From Eledone cirrhosa (lineage: Eukaryota): a DNA stretch of 64,000 nucleotides. A program made the translations under genes and the position numbers. The notes beneath the pieces are model-generated. The model was not told the DNA's origin. It ran no database searches and was given only the letters and a program-made list of their open reading frames with translations. This document shows positions 57,301-64,000 of this stretch, piece by piece (within the stretch, counting starts at the first letter, position 1; every line of letters starts with the position of its first letter). The stretch is taken from positions 73,470,001 to 73,534,000 of the forward strand of contig OZ024744.1 of assembly GCA_964016885.1 (NCBI GenBank). The letters are read 5' to 3'.

Positions 57301-60300
57301 CACTACAAACACTACCACCACAACCACTACCACCACAAACACTACCACCACAAACACTACCACCACAACCACTACCACCACAAACACTACCACCACAAAC
57401 ACTACCACCACAAACACTACCACCACAAACACTACCACTACAACCACTACCACCACAAAGACTACCACCACAAACACTATCACCACAAACACTACCATCA
57501 CAAACACTACCACCTCAAACACTACAACTACAACCACTACCACCACAAACACTACCACCACAAACACTACCACCACAACCACTACCACCACAAACACTAC
57601 CACCACAAACACTACCACCACAAACACTACCACCACAAACACTTCCACCACAACCACTACCAACACAAACACTACCACCACAAACACTACCACCACAAAC
57701 ACTACCACCACAAACACTACCACCACAAACACTATCACCACAAACACTACCATCACAAACACTACCACCTCAAACACTACAACTACAACCACTACCACCA
57801 CAAACACTACCACCACAAACACTACCACCACAAACACTACCACCACAAAAACTACCACCACAAACACTACCACCACAAACACTACCACCACAAACACTAC
57901 CACCACAACCACTACCACCACAAACACTACCACCACAAACACTACCACCACAAACACTACCACCACAAACACTATTACCACAAACACTACCATCACAAAC
58001 ACTACCACCTCAAACACTACAACTACAACCACTACCACCACAAACACTACCACCACAAACACTATCACCACAAACACTACCACCACAAACACTACCACCA
58101 CAAACACTATCACCACAAACACTACCACCACAAACACTATCACCACAAACACTACCACCACAAACACTATCACCACAAACACTACCACCACAAACACTAC
58201 CACCACAAACACTACCACCACAAACACTACCACCACAAACACTACCACCACAAACACTATCACCACAGACACTACCATCACAAACACTACCACCTCAAAC
58301 ACTACAACTACAACCACTACCACCACAAACACTACCACCACAAACACTACCACCACAAACACTACCACCACAAACACTACCACCACAAACACTACCACCA
58401 CAAACACTACCACCACAAACACTACCACCACAAACACTACCACCACAAACACTACCACCACAAACACTACCACCACAAACACTACCACCACAACCACTAC
58501 CACCACAAACACTACCACCACAAACACTACCACCACAAACACTACCACTACAAACACTACCACCACAAACACTACCACCTCAAACACTACAACTACAACC
58601 ACTACCACCACAAACACTACCACCACAAACACTACCACCACAAACACTACCACCACAAATACTACCACGACAAACACTACCACTACAAACACTACCACCA
58701 CAAACACTACCACCACAAACACTACAATCACAAACACTACCACCACAAACACTACCATCACAAACACTACCACCACAAACACCACCATCACAAACACTAC
58801 CACCACAAACACTACCACCTCAAACACTACCACTACAACCACTACCACCACAAACACTACCACTACAAACAATACAACCACAAACACTACCACCACAAAC
58901 ACTACCACCACAAACACTACCACCACAAACACTACCACCACAAACACTACCACCACAAACACTACCACCACAAACACTACCACCACAAACACTACCACCA
59001 CAAACACTACCACCACAAACACTACCATCACAACCACTACCACCACAAACACTACCACCACAAACACTACCATCACAAACACTACCACCACAAACACTAC
59101 CACCACAAACACTACCACCACAAACACTACCACCACAAAGACTACCACCACAAAGACTACCATCACAACCACTACCACCACAAACACTACCATCACAACC
59201 ACTACCACCACAAACACTACCACCACAAACACTACCATCACAAACACTACCACCACAAACACTACCACCACAAACACCACCATCACAAACACTACCACCA
59301 CAAACACTACCACCTCAAACACTACCACCTCAAACACTACCACTACAACCACTACCACCACAAACACTACCACCACAAACACTAAAACCACAAACACTAC
59401 CACCACAAACACTACCATCACAACCACTACCACCACAAACACTACCACCACAAACACTACCACCACAAACACTACCACCACAAACACTACCACCACAAAC
59501 ACTACCACCACAAACACTACCATCACAACCACTACCACCACAAACACTACCACCACAAACACTACCACCACAAACACTACCACCACAAACACTACCACCA
59601 CAAACACTACCACCACAAACACTACCACCACAAACACTACCACTACAAACACTACCACCACAAACATTACCACCACAAACACTACCACCACAAACACTAC
59701 CACCACAAACACTACCACTACAACCACTACCACCACAAACACTACCACCACAAACACTACCACTACAACCACTACCACCACAAACACTACCACCACAAAC
59801 ACTACCACTACAAACACTACCACCACAAACACTACCACCACAAACACTACCATCACAAACACTACCACCACAAATACTACCACCACAAACACTACCACCA
59901 CAAACACTACCACCACAAACACTACCACCACAAACACTACCACCACAAACACTACCATCACAAACACTACCATCACAAACACTACCACCACAAAGACTAC
60001 CTCCACAACCACTACTACCACAAACACTACCACCACAAACACTACCAACACAAACACTACCACCACAAACACTACCACCACAAACACCTCCACCACAAAC
60101 ACTACCACCACAAACACTACCACCACAAACACTACCACCACAAACACTACCACCACAAACACTACCACCACAAACACTACCACCACAAACACTACCACCA
60201 CAAACACTACCACCACAAACACCTCCACCACAAACACTACCACCACAAACACTACCACCACAAACACTACCACCACAAACACTACCACCACAAACACTAC

Positions 60301-63300
60301 CACTACAAACACTACCACCACAAACACTACCACCACAAACACTACCACCACAAACACTACCACCACAAACACTACCACCACAAACACTACCACCACAAAC
60401 AATACCACCACAAACACTACCAACACAAACACTACCATCACAAACACTACCATCACAAACACTACCACCACAAACACTACCACCACAAACACTACCACCA
60501 CAAACACTACCACCACAAACATTACCACCACAACCACTACCACCACAAACACTACCACCACAACCACTACCACCACAAACACTACCACCACAAACACTAC
60601 CACCACAAACACTACCACCACAAACTCTACCACCACAAACACTACCATCACAAACACTACCACCACAAATACTACCACCACAAACACTACCACCACAAAC
60701 ACTACCACCACAAACACTACCACCACAAACACTACCACCACAAACACTACCACCACAAACACTACCACCACAAACACTACCACCACAAACACTACCACTA
60801 CAAACACTACCACCACAAACACTACCACCACAAACACTACCACCACAAACACTACCACCACAAACACTACCACTACAACCACTACCACCACAAACACTAC
60901 CACCACAAACACTACCACTACAACCACTACCACCACAAACACTACCACCACAAACACTACCACCACAAACACTACCACTACAAACACTACCACCACAAAC
61001 ATTACCACCACAAACACTACCACCACAAACACTACCACCACAAACACTACCACTACAACCACTACCACCACAAACACTACCACCACAAACACTACCACTA
61101 CAACCACTACCACCACAAACACTAACACCACAAACACTACCACTACAAACACTACCACCACAAACACTACCACCACAAACACTACCATCACAAACACTAC
61201 CACCACAAATACTACCACCACAAACACTACCACCACAAACACTACCACCACAAACACTACCACCACAAAGACTACCACCACAACCACTACTACCACAAAC
61301 ACTACCACCACAAACACTACCACCCCAAACACTACCACCACAAACACTACCACCACAAACACCTCCACCACAAACACTACCACCACAAACACTACCACCA
61401 CAAACACTACCACCACAAACACTACCACCACAAACACTACCACCACAAACACTACCACCACAAACACCTCCACCACAAACACTACCACCACAAACACTAC
61501 CACCACAAACACTACAACCACAAACACTACCACCACAAACACCTCCACCACAAACACTACCACCACAAACACTACCACCACAAACACTACCACCACAAAC
61601 ACTACCACCACAAACACTACCACTACAAACACTACCACCACAAACACTACCACCACAAACACTACCACCACAAACACTACCACCACAAACACTACAACCA
61701 CAAACACTACCACCACAAACACTACCATCACAAACACTACCACCACAAACACTACCACCACAAAGACTACCATCACAAACACTACCACCACAAACACTAC
61801 CACCACAAATACTACCACCACAAACACTACCACCACAAACACTACCATCACAAACACTACCATCACAAACACTACCACCACAAACACTACCACCACAAAC
61901 ACTACCACCACAAAAACTACCACCACAAACACTACCACCACAAACACTACCACCACAAATACTACCACCACAAACACTACCACCACAAAAACTACCACCA
62001 CAAACACTACCACCACAAACACTACCACCACAAATACTACCACCACAAATACTACCACCACAAACACTACCACCACAAACACTACCACCACAAACACTAC
62101 CACTACAACCAGTACCATCACAAACACTACCACCACAAACACTACCACCACAAACACTACCACTACAACCACTACCACCACAAACACTACCACCACAAAC
62201 ACTACCACCACAAACACTACCACCACAAACACTACCACCACAAACACTACCACCACAAACACTACCACCACAAACACTACCACCACAAACACTACCACCA
62301 CAAACACTACCACCACAAATACTACCACGACAAACACTACCACTACAAACACTACCACCACAAACACTACCACCACAAACACTACAATCACAAACACTAC
62401 CACCACAAACACTACCATCACAAACACTACCACCACAAACACTACCACCACAACCACTACCACCACAAACACTACCATCACAAACACTACCACCACAAAC
62501 ACTACCATCACAAACACTTCCACCACAAACACTACCACCACAAACACTACCACCACAAACACTACCACCACAAACACCACCATCACAAACACTACCACCA
62601 CAAACACTACCACCTCAAACACTACCACTACAACCACTACCACCACAAACACTACCACTACAAACACTACAACCACAAATACTACCACCACAAACACTAC
62701 CACCACAAACACTACCACCACAAACACTACCACTACAACCAGTACCATCACAAACACTACCATCACAAACACTACCACCACAAACACTACCACCACAAAC
62801 ACTACCACCACAAACACTACCACCACAAACACTACCACCTCAAACACTACCACCACAAACACTACCACCACAAACACTACCACCACAAACACTACCACCA
62901 CAAACACTACCACCACAAACATTACCACCACAAACACTACCACCACAAACACTACCACCACAAACACCACCATCACAAACACTACCACCACAAACACTAC
63001 CACCTCAAACACTACCACTACAACCACTACCACCACAAACACTACCACTACAAACAATACAACCACAAACACTACCACCACAAACACTACCACCACAAAC
63101 ACTACCACCACAAACACTACCACCACAAACACTACCACCACAAACACTACCACCACAAACACTACCACCACAAACACTACCATCACAAACACTACCACCA
63201 CAAACACTACCACCACAAACACTACCACCACAAACACTACCACCACAAAGATTACCACCACAAACACTACCATCACAACCACTACCACCACAAACACTAC

Positions 63301-64000
63301 CATCACAACCACTACCACCACAAACACTACCACCACAAACACTACCATCACAAACACTACCACCACAAACACTACCACCACAAACACTACCACCACAAAC
63401 ACTACCATCACAACCACTACCACCACAAACACTACCACCACAAACACTACCATCACAAACACTACCACCACAAACACTACCACCACAAACGCTACCACCA
63501 CAAACACTACCACCACAAACACTACCACCACAAACACTACCACCACAAACACTACCACCACAAACACTACCACCACAAACACTACCACCACAAACACTAC
63601 CACCACAAACACTACCACCACAAACACTACCACCACAAACACTACCACTACAAACACTACCACCACAAACACTACCATCACAAACACTACCACCACAAAC
63701 ACTACCACCACAAACACCACCATCACAAACACTACCACCACAAACACTACCACCTCAAACACTACCACCTCAAACACTACCACTACAACCACTACCACCA
63801 CAAACACTACCACCACAAACATTAAAACCACAAACACTACCACCACAAACACTACCACCACAAACACTACCACCACAAACACTACCACCACAAACACTAC
63901 CACCACAAACACTACCACCACAAACACTACCACCACAAACACTACCACCACAAACACTACCACCACAAACACCACCATCACAAACACTACCACCACAAAC
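49403..64000 (+). other. NTTTT-register segment in frame +2, open at the 3' window edge
   Basis: No indel seen after 49401; no stop seen in the NTTTT register; no ATG seen. Confidence 0.3.
58620..63830. repeat. Patchwork of short duplicated blocks at offsets 3,660, 4,440 and ~1,275 bp
   Basis: AATACTACCACGACA...ACAATC in lines 58621-58740 vs 62281-62400; TCA-TCA...TAAAACC in lines 59281-59400 vs 63721-63840; AAG-ACC-ACT-ACT at ~59993 vs ~61268. Confidence 0.7.

Larger units (their letters stand above)
1..64000. repeat. 15-bp tandem repeat array (satellite/minisatellite), consensus AACACTACCACCACA, ~4,266 units, running off both window ends
   Basis: Every 60-bp line is four copies of the unit with scattered substitutions. 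The 13 indels found sum to +15 bp, which matches the identical phase of the first and last lines. Unit composition is A7 C7 T1 G0. Confidence 0.99.

Noticed and set aside
10752-63996. Very long minus-strand (VVVVF)n ORFs of up to 5,204 aa
   Set aside because: They are the antisense reading of the repeat. Their ends follow the indels, Met codons come from common point variants, and a continuous Val/Phe polymer of this length is not a plausible protein.
1-64000. CRISPR array
   Set aside because: Units abut directly with no unique spacers, no palindromic repeat and no cas genes.
1-64000. Chi (GCTGGTGG) sites or a canonical telomere repeat
   Set aside because: The minus strand reads TGTGGTGG or GCTGGTAG, not Chi, and there is no TTAGGG-type or yeast TG1-3 pattern; only a compositional resemblance.
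1-64000. Absence of stop codons in the NTTTT register as proof of coding
   Set aside because: All five consensus codons are at least two substitutions from a stop, so a stop-free frame is expected under neutrality.
1-64000. Pure sequencing artefact, rolling-circle concatemer or synthetic data-encoding sequence
   Set aside because: Variants are non-random and inherited in nested blocks of many different periods with private mutations, as in natural array evolution; local mis-assembly remains possible.
1-64000. CpG-methylation decay, RIP or AID/APOBEC as the source of the dominant C>T variant
   Set aside because: The main change (codon 4 ACC>ATC) is in a CAC-C context that is not CpG, CpA, TC or WRC; spread by duplication is the simpler explanation.

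Overview
The whole 64 kb window is one head-to-tail tandem array of a 15-bp unit, consensus AAC ACT ACC ACC ACA (minus strand TGTGGTGGTAGTGTT), about 4,266 copies by length. There is no unique flanking DNA and no recognisable gene, RNA gene, transposon or CRISPR spacer. One plus-strand register translates as (N-T-T-T-T)n, an N-glycosylation sequon every five residues. The other plus registers give (HYHHK)n and (TLPPQ)n; the minus registers give (VVVVF)n, (CGGSV)n and a frame with TAG in nearly every unit. The long Val-rich minus-strand ORFs in the ORF track are most likely by-products of the repeat. Unit length is tightly conserved: I found 13 length changes. Six are +1 insertions in two clusters of three, each cluster restoring the reading frame; two are in-frame +6 insertions; four are +/-1 changes in A runs; one is a -1 C deletion. 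Point variants show nested higher-order duplications (offsets from 60 bp to 9.6 kb) and two domains with different variant sets that meet at about 38.6-39.3 kb. The sequence alone cannot decide between a non-coding satellite/minisatellite and the repeat exon of a giant mucin-like glycoprotein, and it does not identify the organism. All counts and offsets were read by eye.
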